Source: Monocercomonoides exilis PA203 | Taxonomy: Eukaryota; Protista; Preaxostyla | Direction: 5' to 3' | Length of the DNA: 64,000 bases | Assembly: GCA_001643675.2 (NCBI GenBank) | Contig: LSRY02000057.1 | Location: forward strand, 124,001-188,000 | Part shown: positions 35,114-45,509 of the stretch, piece by piece | Layout of the letters: each line of letters opens with the position of its first letter | Numbering within the stretch: the first letter of the stretch is position 1 | Made by a program: the position numbers and the translations under genes | The notes under the pieces: generated by a model | What the model saw: only the letters and a program-made list of their open reading frames with translations | What the model was told of the DNA's origin: nothing | The model's database searches: none

Positions 35114-35897
35114 ATGTCTACAAAAAAGAGATCTTTGCTTAAAGTTTTGGTTCTTGGTGATTCAGGCGTTGGTAAAACGTGCTTGATAAGACAATTTGCT
35201 CAACACAAATTCAGTACACAATACAAGGCAACAATTGGTGCAGATTTCCTTACAAAGGTTTGATATTATTGTTTGTTTCGTATATATTTTCGAAAAATCT
35301 TTCAACTTTAATATTTTGAAATTCCAACAACTGATTTTAGGAATTTATCCTTGATGACAGACAAGTGACAATGCAAATTTGGGATACGGGTTTGTGTTAT
35401 CATTCAACTTCAATTCAATTATAGCAATAATATTTTTTGAAAAACTTTTTTTTATTTAATATTTGTAATATATAGCTGGACTTGAAAGATTCCAATCTCT
35501 TGGTGTTGCTTTTTATCGAGGGGCAGATGCATGTGTCCTTGTTTACGATGTGACAGTTCCCAAATCCTTTTACAATTTAGAAGGTTGGAAAGATGAATTC
35601 CTGTTCCAAGGTGCACCTCAAGATCCTGAACATTTTCCGTTTCTTGTTATTGGAAACAAGACTGATCTTGAAGATTCAAGAGCTGTGTCCACAAAGAAAG
35701 CTGAAGGATGGTGCAGGTCAAATGGAAGCATGACACATTTCGAAACTTCAGCGAAAGACAACACAAACGTAGAACAAGCATTTTTCGATGTTGCAAGAAC
35801 GGCTATCAGCAGAGAAATTGTTGAAGATGATGAAATTCAACATGCAGTGGACATTCACACGGATGTTGAACCAGACAAAATAAGATGTTGTGGCTAA
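35114..35897 (+). CDS. RAB7: Rab7 small GTPase (switch-II Gln replaced by Leu)
   Basis: Exons 35114-35257, 35341-35389 and 35476-35897. The protein reads [65 protein letters not shown], with a C-terminal CCG prenylation motif. Confidence 0.95.
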
Positions 35898-36229
35898 AAA
35901 TCAATTTGTGCATATAGCTATGGTGCAAAGAATACGGTTAAATGATTTCTATTTTTCATATCTCTGAAATTCTCAATCTTCTATTCTAATTTTATTTCCG
36001 AGTGGTTTTGTATTCTGTTATATATTTACATGTTAATTGTTTTTGTTATTCTTTTCAATTTTATTTTTTGATGTTAAGTTGAATGTTTATGATCATTGTA
36101 TTTTAGTTATAAATAGATTGCATTTTAAGTTAAATATTTATTTTTATGGAATATTTTGACACAAAAATAAAGATGAGAAAAATATGAAATAACTTGAATT
36201 TTAAGGGTTTTGATCAAGTTTATTGTGTG

Positions 36230-38011
36230 ATGTCATATAAACTTTCTGCTCTTCCAAGTGGTTTCCGCAAAGAAGGTCCAATTGTTCTGGTATGCACTTA
36301 GTTATTGTGAAATAATTCCAATGTGCAATATAATTTTATCTTTGAAACAACTTATAAATTTATTTTTGTTCTCAAGTGCATCCTTGATGGGTATGGCCTT
36401 GGAAAGGATGATCCCAGTGCAAATCCAATTGTTGCTGCACATCCAACCTATATTAATGATCTTATTGAAAAGTCAAAATCAGCCGGATTGTACAAGCAAA
36501 TCCGTGCTCACGGACCTGCTGTTGGACTTCCATCAGAATCTGATATGGGCAACAGCGAAGTTGGGCACAATGCAATGGGTGCCGGCCAAATTTACAGCCA
36601 AGGAACCATGTTGGTTGATGAAAGTTTCAAGACCGGAAGAATGTTCAAAACCGAAAACTGGAAAACTGTTGTCGGTGAAACAGCAAGTCACAGTGGAACT
36701 TTGCACATGTTTGGTCTTCTTTCTGATGGTAACATCCACTCTCATATCGGACAAGTTGAACAGTTAATCGATGGTGCTGTCGAAACAGGCATCAAAACAC
36801 TCAGAATCCACGTTCTTCTCGATGGACGTGATGTCCCACCAGAGTCTGGCTTGAAATACATAGACATGATTGAAGCAAAATTGGCTTCACTCGCAGCAAA
36901 GGGAGTTGATGCGAAGATTGCTTCAGGAGGTGGGAGAATGTATGTGACCATGGATCGTTACAACTCTGACTGGAACATTGTACGCCGTGGATGGAATTCA
37001 ATGGTTCATGGAATTGTCGAAGAGGCAGACATTAGCGACAAGTATAAGGGATACTATCACTCTGCTCGCGAGGCTATTGAAGCATGCAGAGCTGCTTTCC
37101 CTGACAAAAAGGATCAATACAATCTTCCATTCGTCATTGTTGATGAAGCTGGATCCCCCATCGGAAAAATGAAGGATGGAGATGCTGTCATCAATTGGAA
37201 TTTCCGTGGAGATCGTGCTATTCAAATCAGCAAGGCCTTTGAGTTGCCCGATACTGAATTTACTTTCTTTGATCGTGGAACAAAGCCCAAGGTGCGCTAT
37301 GCAGGTCTTCTTGAATACGATACTGAGGTTCACATTCCCTCACAATTTCTTGTGCCACCACCAGAGATATCACACACACTTTCCCAGTATCTTCTTGCCT
37401 CTGGTGTGCCATCGTATGCCATTGCTGAAACACACAAATTCGGTCATGTCACATTCTTCTGGAATGGAAACAAGAGCGGATATATCGATGAAGCCCATGA
37501 GTTGTACGAAGTTGTTCCATCACTTCCAAATTCTGAAACAGAGACTCATCCAGAGATGAAAGCCAAAGAAGTCACTGATAAACTTGTTGCTGCTCTGGAA
37601 TCCAAGAAATACCGCTTCCTCCGCGTGAACTATGCCAACGGAGATATGGTTGGCCACACTGGAAACTTTGACTCATGCGTCAAGTGCGTCCAATGCCTCG
37701 ATAGAGAAATTGCCAGATTGGATGCAGCTGTACGCGCACAGAATGGCATTCTTATTATCACAGCTGACCACGGTAATGTTGAAGACAAAGACCACAAGGG
37801 ATCAAAGACATCGCACACTTGTGCCCCTGTTTTGTTCTCTGTTACTGACTACACATACAAAGGTGAATATACTCTTATTCCAGATACCGTTAAGCCTGAT
37901 GGGGAAGGAAAAGAAGGTTCTGGACTGTCCAACATTGCTGCAACAGTTATGAATCTTTTGGGATTTGAGGCACCTGATGTCTATCGTAAGAGCATGATTC
38001 AATTCAAGTAA
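36230..38011 (+). CDS. gpmI: 2,3-bisphosphoglycerate-independent phosphoglycerate mutase (iPGM)
   Basis: Exon 1 36230-36289, intron 36290-36376. Motifs PIVLCILDGYG, MGNSEVGHNAMGAG (phosphoserine), LLDGRDV, GGGRMYVTMDRY, NFRGDRA, AETHKFGHVTFFWNG, NYANGDMVGHTG and TADHGN. Confidence 0.96.
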
Positions 38012-38421
38012 GTATAAAATAACGTTGTTTGGATTTTGCCTTATGTTAGATTGCTTCGTTTTACGTTTGACGAAGCTGATGAAAGTATTCACTACATTTT
38101 ATTCTTAGTATTCATTTAGATCATATTTTTGTGCTTTAACATCAATTTAACACTGACTTTAATTTGATAAAAATCAATTTTTATGATTTAAGCTGCGTAT
38201 CATTTTTTAACAAAAATGTTCAAAAAAAAAAAATAGCAAAAGAATGCGATTGACGTTAATGTAATTCAGATTTAGGTTTTTGCCAAAACTTAAAAGAGAA
38301 TCCATAATGATTGAAAGTACATTCTTACAAATGAGAAAAAATGAAAAGCAGATATTTGAATTTCAGTATTTAGAAGATCACTTCAATGAGAAAATATTGA
38401 CGTGAAATTGTAGTAATCAAT

Positions 38422-39070
38422 TTACTCAGATGCAGCCTTTGCTTTTTTTTGTGCTTGTGGTTTCTTAGCTGCAGCCTTTGCCTCTTCAGCAGCTTTAAGT
38501 TCAGCTTCTTTTGCTGGGAAGCGGGTGTACAACACAAATGATCCGTGGCGAACCAATGGCTTAATCATCTTCTTGCGGCTAAGCATGTGAATTGCGCGGC
38601 GTGCAACAGTTAAGTTGCATTGAAGACGATCGGCAACAGAGGCAATAGTGATATTTTTCATTGTTGGGACGCTTGATATGAGTTTTGCGTATGATGGAGC
38701 ATCGAGCAAAACGGCTGCTGCTCCTTTCTGCTCCTTTGTTGAAACTTTTGACCATTTCTGAAAATAATATTCAAATAAATAATAAATGTTCGATCAAAAG
38801 AACATCGTAGTTTGGAATGATAAAGAAAATTAGTGAAACAAATTTTATTGAAACAAATTATCGTGAATATGACAGTATAACCTTTTTTACTTGTTTTGCG
38901 CCATGACGGGCTGCGGATTTGGCTGCCTGAATCTGCTTACTTTTTCCTCCGGATTGCTCTTTTGCTGGCTGTGGTTTTTAATATTTTAATCAAGGCAAAA
39001 AATTATTTTCGAAAAATATTTAAAAGTTATCATTCAATATTTCATATATAACCAAATAAAAGCAAACCAT
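38422..39070 (-). CDS. RPS25: 40S ribosomal protein S25 (eS25)
   Basis: Coding exon 1 is the ATG alone (39070-39068); introns at 39067-38969 and 38881-38758. The protein reads MPAKEQ..KKKWSKV..VLLDAPSYAKL..ITIASVADRLQCNLTVARRAI..VLYTR. Confidence 0.92.
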
Positions 39071-39556
39071 GTTTTTTTATTGATCTAAATATTCCAACAA
39101 CGGGCTCAATTTTTTTTTCTGTTTAACAATAATTATCAATTAATCACAAAGTGAAATTTCTGTTGCTTAAAATGCAAGCGTCAAATTAAAAAACAGCATT
39201 TTCAGTAGATTTATGGTATTAACATTTTTTATTGCTTGTGACTGAATTATCATCATAAATAAGTAAATAAATAAATAAATAAATATATTTTTTTCATACA
39301 TGAATTAGGATTCAAATAACATCTTCACACATAATGTGTCTATATCAGTGATTCCTGTTCACGGATATGAAAAAATAACTTTTATTGGAAATCTTAGAAA
39401 GATTTTTGTCGTTTAAAGTGAAACAAATTTTTCTTGTTAAATACAAAAAAAAGCTTGAATATCCGAATTTTTTTAATATCTATTTGTAAAGGAAATCTTT
39501 TTGAAAATGAAAGATAAAAGTGTTTCACTCACATATGAAAAAGAAAATCATAATTA

Positions 39557-40034
39557 CAGTTTGTGCAAAAAATACCTGACAAGATCGATATCTCAATAAC
39601 TGCAAGAAGAAAAATTCTGATAATTTTCCTCAAAATACAGATATCGCACAAAATACCGGACATCGCACAAAATACCGGACAAGATCGATTTCTCTATAAC
39701 TGCAAGAGGAATTCTTCTGACAATTTTCCTCAAAATATATCTCACCAATCCAAACTCATTTGACATTAAAAACTTTCAAAATAGCTTCATTTGTGCTAAG
39801 AAAAAAATAATTATTAAAACTTCGGAGAAACTCAAAATTCTATTTCTCCGAGATTTCAAAAATTAATTTTTTCTGAGCACAAATATAGCTGAAATGAAGT
39901 CTTGTTTTTCAAATGAGTTTGTATTGACGAGATGTGTTTTGAGGAAAATTATCAGATTTATTCCTCCTGCAGTTATCGTGATATCGATCTTGTCCGGTAT
40001 TTTGTGCGATGTCCGGTATTTTTTGCACAAACTG
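39557..40034. mobile_element. Non-autonomous foldback MITE, Tc1/mariner-pogo type (478 bp, TA target-site duplication)
   Basis: The ends read TA|CAGTTTGTGCAAAAAATACC ... GGTATTTTTTGCACAAACTG|TA. Imperfect inverted arms extend to a 12-nt centre at 39831-39842. There is no credible coding capacity. Confidence 0.88.
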
Positions 40035-40283
40035 TATTTTGGATATGAATAAAAATATTGCATATGAAATTGATTATGTAAACATAAGAGTGAAAATGAA
40101 AGAAAATGGGGATTTGATGCAATTCTATTTGAAATTGTTCTTTTCACAAAATTTTTGTGTTTTTGATAAAAAAAAATGATCATGATTATTCAAGCACGAA
40201 GTTTCTTATACGCAAATCATTATTCAATAAACATAAATATATCACTCAATAATATTTATTATATATATATATGTTTTATGTTG

Positions 40284-42475
40284 TCATGGACAAGACCCAG
40301 GACAAGGACAAAACTTTGGATGTTTCATTCAGCTTTTTTTTGACGCAATTCAACACTTTTATATAGAAAAATTAATTGATTATCGAGTTTTTCGTGTGTT
40401 TTGGGGGTTGTTCATGCAAAATGAAATAGACTTCAATAATTTGCAATTGAAATATCAGTTTATAAAAGTTTGACACATGAAAAGCAATTTAAACAAATTA
40501 TTGTTTGATAACGTTGAATCACGTTGACATATGCAATGAACATATAATTTGCTTCTCAAATAAAATATTTTTGAATGTAATTGAAGATGGATCCCCATTT
40601 ACTTTTTGAAATTAGTTTTCTTTTCCTTTTTTCACTGAGGATAAGAATCTCTTCTTCTGATGTATCTGGTTGCTCTTTTCGATCCTCTGAATTATCAGAT
40701 CGTTCGGTAGAAACATCATCGCAAAAAACTGTTTTCCTTCCATGGTTTTGAAAGTTGAAGTTTTCAACAGGTTCTGTGATATTGGAGATTTTGCACTTAA
40801 CATTAGATGATTCCTTCACATCAGAAACTGTCACATCTTGCTTTGTTTCTGAGCTGTTTGGCTGACTTTTCTTTTTTTTTATCTCCTTACATGGAAAAGC
40901 TTTTGAAAAAAGTATCTCCTGTTATTAATATCTTGCTGATATTGCTTTATTGTGAAGATTTTCAATCGAATTTTCAGCCATCGAAGAGGCTTCAATGTTC
41001 TGCGGAAGACACTAATATACGACAGAAGGGTCAAATGTGTAAATTCTGCATGTTTCGAATGACTTTCCCACAATTATTGGAGAGAGAGAACAACTAATTT
41101 CTTCTGTTGCAGCTGGTATTAATGATTTTTAGTTTGAAGAAATTGACGAATCAGAAGGAACCGAGAATGTTCTTCTTTAGCCGTTTTTAAAATGTGCGTT
41201 TTCAAACCTGTCCAGCTGCTGCGTTAGATGTGTTGTGTGTGATGGAAGAATCAATTAATGGATTTAATGATCTCTGCACCAAGATATCACTGGAAAACTT
41301 AGGCGAGAGGAATGCCCATCAAGTATAATCAAAGCGTAGGAAGACTGTCCATGAAGCTCAACTCGTTTCTCATTAATTTTTGCAATAATATTTCTATCAT
41401 AACCTTTTCAAAATCTCTTCTTGTCATCCAGCCTGTCTTATTTGCTAAACAGTTAATTCGATGATACTTCAATTCCCTTAGATCCTCGGAAATTGTCTGA
41501 GAAGGCCATAGCATGATTGGATCCAAAGATGTTCCATCCGAAAAAACGGTGAAAAACAATGTGGGATGTTTTCTTCATTGTGTTTCTGGAAGCGGGGCAT
41601 GTTGCGTTTCTTTTTTCACAACAATTTCCTAGTCCGACTGCTTCATAAAGATGATAGTTACGTCCATATTGATAATCAAATCAGATGAAATCTGAAAATT
41701 AACATTATCATTTTTAAACAACGAAAACCAATTCCTCATATTTTCAATTGAAGACGCTTGAAGGCGATGAAGATCTATAAAAGTTGATTTTATTAATTTC
41801 AGTAATCCACTTTTCTTTATCAACCTGCGTGCCCATTTTTTGCTGATTTTCCTGACTTCAGGCGTTGGTGTGCATTCCTTCTTTTTCTTCATCATCATAT
41901 TTTCTGACTATCAAAAATGCACAATTAAAAAACAAAACAAACAAATAGCAACAAACGAATCTGACAATGTCTGAAACTGCCAATTTGTTTGCAGTTGATA
42001 TTTGTGCAATTTAACAATCTTCTATTTCCTCGATTATTTCTTCACCAAACAATCCTGGAACGCCAATTTGATGAGGATCATGCCATGCTTTTTTTGATAC
42101 CAAATGCCTGAAAAGGGAAGATGAGTTGTGATTTTGGCCTTCACAAGATCTGCAGATTCGATTCCATCTTGTTTCAAAAGATCATAAACTTTTTCTGCTT
42201 TTAAAAGGAACCTGCAAGGCTCTTCTGAAGCATTTTATGTGATAATTAACTGGAAGGGAAAGGTGATTTATTGTTTGCTTTTTTCATATGAATAATGTGC
42301 ATTTGATCATTCCAATTTTTATATTTATTCTTTTTGAAGAGACGATTATTTTGACATGCATTCAAAAAATGCAATAAAAAATGCATGTTATGAATAGATC
42401 TGCAATTAGCAATTGTTATGAAGTCCCGTTAATAACAGCTATTCTGGACTGATTTATCCTGGGTTTTGTCCCTGA
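40284..42475 (-). mobile_element. Decayed pogo/Tigger-like (DDE_1) DNA transposon with transposase pseudogene
   Basis: Minus-strand fragments occur in DDE_1 order: KKWARRLIKK, IINMDVT, TLFFTVFSDGTSLDPIMLWP, NKTGWMT, ILDGHSSR, LPSHTTHLTQQLD. They are broken by stops and frameshifts. Degenerate TIRs: tcatggacaagacccaggacaa (40284-40305) versus the reverse complement tcagggacaaaacccaggataa (42454-42475). Confidence 0.8.
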
Positions 42476-43275
42476 AGAGATGTCCAACAAGACAATTTAT
42501 TATTTTAAATCATATTTCTTCTGAGATGATGTGCAATTTGAAAAACTTGTTTTGCATTCTCATTAATAAACAATATTAGTGACAGCACTGTCTGAATAAT
42601 AATATTACATGAATTCCTCTCAAACGAATGTTTTTGTGAAAGATACAATAAAAAAAATTGAAATGCAAAATTTCCTATGAATTTCCAAAAGAATATTAAA
42701 AATTCTGCACTCCTGCAAATGTTATGATATCAAAAAATATCATCCAACTTGGTAGAGCAAATTGTAGACATATCAATAGAAGAGGAATATTTAAATAATA
42801 TGATGTTGGAATTTTTTTAATCTTTCTGGAACGATCCAAAACAAAAATCTTTTTTATTTCCGTGTTGAGTCATTATTAAAGCATAACAAAAAAATATGTC
42901 AAAATTTTTTTGAAAAGTTCCTTTTGTTAAATTTACAAATAAATTAAAAATTTTATATTTCAATCAAATATTTGTTTCCAAATGCCAAATTTCATTGTCA
43001 TGAAGATAAAATATAGGCTGTGTAATTATTGCAATTTTAGTGAAGTTTCGTTTGTGGAAACAAAAATTAGATTGAAATAAAAACTTTTTAATTTATTTGA
43101 AAATTAAACAAAAGGAACTTTACAAAAATATTTAGACAATATTGTTTTTTTTACAATTCAATTTACTTAATAAAAGTCTAGAATTATTTCATTTTGCATT
43201 ATTTGTTGTGCATGTGACAAAAAACAAAAAACCCGCAAAAATCCAATCTGTTTTCCTGAAAATAATCAAAATGAA

Positions 43276-43276
<1 letters not shown>

Positions 43277-43313
<37 letters not shown>
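43277..43313 (+). repeat. Poly(A) homopolymer (~37 nt)
   Basis: Uninterrupted A run, seen directly. Confidence 0.9.
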
Positions 43314-43315
<2 letters not shown>

Positions 43316-43671
43316 ATTGTTAAATTAACGTATCATCTTTGAATTGGATGGGCGAAGTCTCCATCCAATTGCAAGAAGGTTATTAAAAAAAGATGAAGTA
43401 ATAATGCAAACAAATAAGGAAATTGTCAAAAAAAATCTGATTTTTTTTGCTTTCAAAAAAACTTGAAAATAACATAAAAAATTCATTCTAATTTGTTCGA
43501 AAAAATGAATCACAACACAAATGTAATTAAAAATAATTAATAAACGTATATTCGAAACTGTAAACAAACAACACAAACATAATTCCTCTCAATAACATAC
43601 AATTTTCAAATAATATATAAAACATGTCTAATAAATAAGATTGAGGTGTTCGAAATGAACTTTTAATATTA

Positions 43672-45045
43672 CTATGCACATTCAACATTTTTTGGCTCCT
43701 TTTCTTTTTCGCTCCTCAAGAGGCATGAAATGATAATCACAACAATTAAGGCAACCAAACACACAAGAGCAATTGGCACCACAATTGAAACAATGAGATG
43801 AATCATATTCTTCTCAATAAATTTCTCGTACAAATCAGACATCTCGCAACTTTCACATGTCGCGCCCATCAGCCATCCTTTGTTTGAGCTGGTATAAGAT
43901 GAAGCAAAAGGAAATGCATTCCTGTTTTTCCCAAACTTATGAATATCAGGAACTGCAAGAAACAACGAAGTGTCAACGTTACCGGCTCTTTTATTGCTCT
44001 TATCAAAACTCAAGTATTTAAGCTCAGGAAATGTTAAACGACTAGTAGCCTGTGCAAGACTAATGGTCACAGCACCAGCTTTCCCTTGCTCCGCAACACA
44101 AGATACAAACGAGCAATTGAACGATCCATCAAAGTATACAAAAGAACCATAATTTGTTGAATGAATGTAAAGTCCAGCGACAATTCCAGACTTTGAACGG
44201 ATATTATCCATCCAAATTCCGTCAATTGCAACAAGCACTTCAGATGATAGTGATGTGCTAGTTATTTCAATAGCTGCACCATTTTCAATGACAACTCTAT
44301 TTGCCACAATCTCATCTAAGTAAACACATGAACAATGAAACATAAATGGACTTCCTGCAAATGTAATCTCTGTAACATTACTTGAAAGCTCAACATTATG
44401 AAGCATTGCAATTCCAGCGGTTATGTACAGCAAAGAAATATCGCACAAAGAAGATGAGCTTTGATGTTGAGTAACAACAGCTTGGGCTCGATCAAATTTA
44501 ACATGATTTAAAGTTAAGAATTTATCAAAAGAAGTACCAGAGACAGATGATATTAATGCACATTCATCTTTTTGATGAAGTTGATCGCACAGATTCAGCG
44601 GAAATAACAAATTTAAAAAGCTAATGTTTACCATTCCATCATATTGAATTAAGTTATCGTTAACAGGAGATGGTAGAACACCAGTTACGAGAACTTCGCA
44701 ATCCATTTCACGGTTTCCATCGTATTTAAGTCCTCTAAAAATAAATGAAGATACAGTTCCATTAAGAATTCCACAATATGATTCTAATGGAGTATCTGCT
44801 TCAATAACATGAACTTCATATGTTCCATTTGAAGTTCCTCCTATTAATATATTATCCATATTTGAAAAGTCACCTGCAACGTCAATTAAACTTGTTCCTT
44901 GTCCTGTAGCACCAAACTTAACAAAAAATATTTTTCGTTCGTTTTCTTCATAAACAACAGCATTATCCTCAATATTTTCAAAACTATCCATTACAGAATT
45001 GACAAATGATGATAATGCAGCAAGAAATAATACTTCTTTCAACAT
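43672..45045 (-). CDS. Type I membrane/surface protein (signal peptide, beta-rich ectodomain, single TM helix, short tail)
   Basis: Intronless 457-aa ORF. N-terminus MLKEVLFLAALSSFVNS; beta-helix-like CSFVSCVAEQGKAGAV; hydrophobic LIVSIVVPIALVCLVALIVVIIISCLL followed by a charged tail. Confidence 0.8.
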   Translation of the reverse strand: MLKEVLFLAALSSFVNSVMDSFENIEDNAVVYEENERKIFFVKFGATGQGTSLIDVAGDFSNMDNILIGGTSNGTYEVHVIEADTPLESYCGILNGTVSSFIFRGLKYDGNREMDCEVLVTGVLPSPVNDNLIQYDGMVNISFLNLLFPLNLCDQLHQKDECALISSVSGTSFDKFLTLNHVKFDRAQAVVTQHQSSSSLCDISLLYITAGIAMLHNVELSSNVTEITFAGSPFMFHCSCVYLDEIVANRVVIENGAAIEITSTSLSSEVLVAIDGIWMDNIRSKSGIVAGLYIHSTNYGSFVYFDGSFNCSFVSCVAEQGKAGAVTISLAQATSRLTFPELKYLSFDKSNKRAGNVDTSLFLAVPDIHKFGKNRNAFPFASSYTSSNKGWLMGATCESCEMSDLYEKFIEKNMIHLIVSIVVPIALVCLVALIVVIIISCLLRSEKEKEPKNVECA

Positions 45046-45509
45046 AATTCAGGATAAAACACTCTCTATTCTCATTTCTTCATATTGGGCAAGATCAAAA
45101 CATTCAGCGGATACATCTCATTTGAATTATTTTCTTCATTTACATCATAATATATTTCCATTCACCAAAGATACATTTTTTAAAAAAAAAATCAATGACA
45201 ATTAAGTTTTGCAACATAACGTTAAATAATATTAAATTCGAATAACTGAAGAGAAAAAGGATGAAAAGAGTGACAAAGAAAAAACTATGTTCTTCAGAAG
45301 CGCATTACATAACAATGATCAAATTTATACAATAATCCAAGTTGTTCTCAATACATAAACAAAATATGCGAACATTTGGATTAATTCAATATTATCAGTA
45401 AAATGAATATAAACAACAAAAACTGCATAAAAAGAAGAGGTTATTAACTTTTGTCAAGAAAAGAAGGCGTTTATTTCGAGCGAGTCAAAGACGAAGACGA
45501 CAAAGACTA

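Noticed and set aside
30190-39070. Functional cluster of ribosome-related genes (RPL7, NOG2, RPS25)
   Set aside because: The genes are on mixed strands and interleaved with Rab7 and iPGM. Three genes in 9 kb of a compact genome is compatible with chance.
39640-39690. Short direct repeats as a CRISPR-like array
   Set aside because: There are only two adjacent copies and no spacers. They are part of the MITE arm, in a eukaryotic context.
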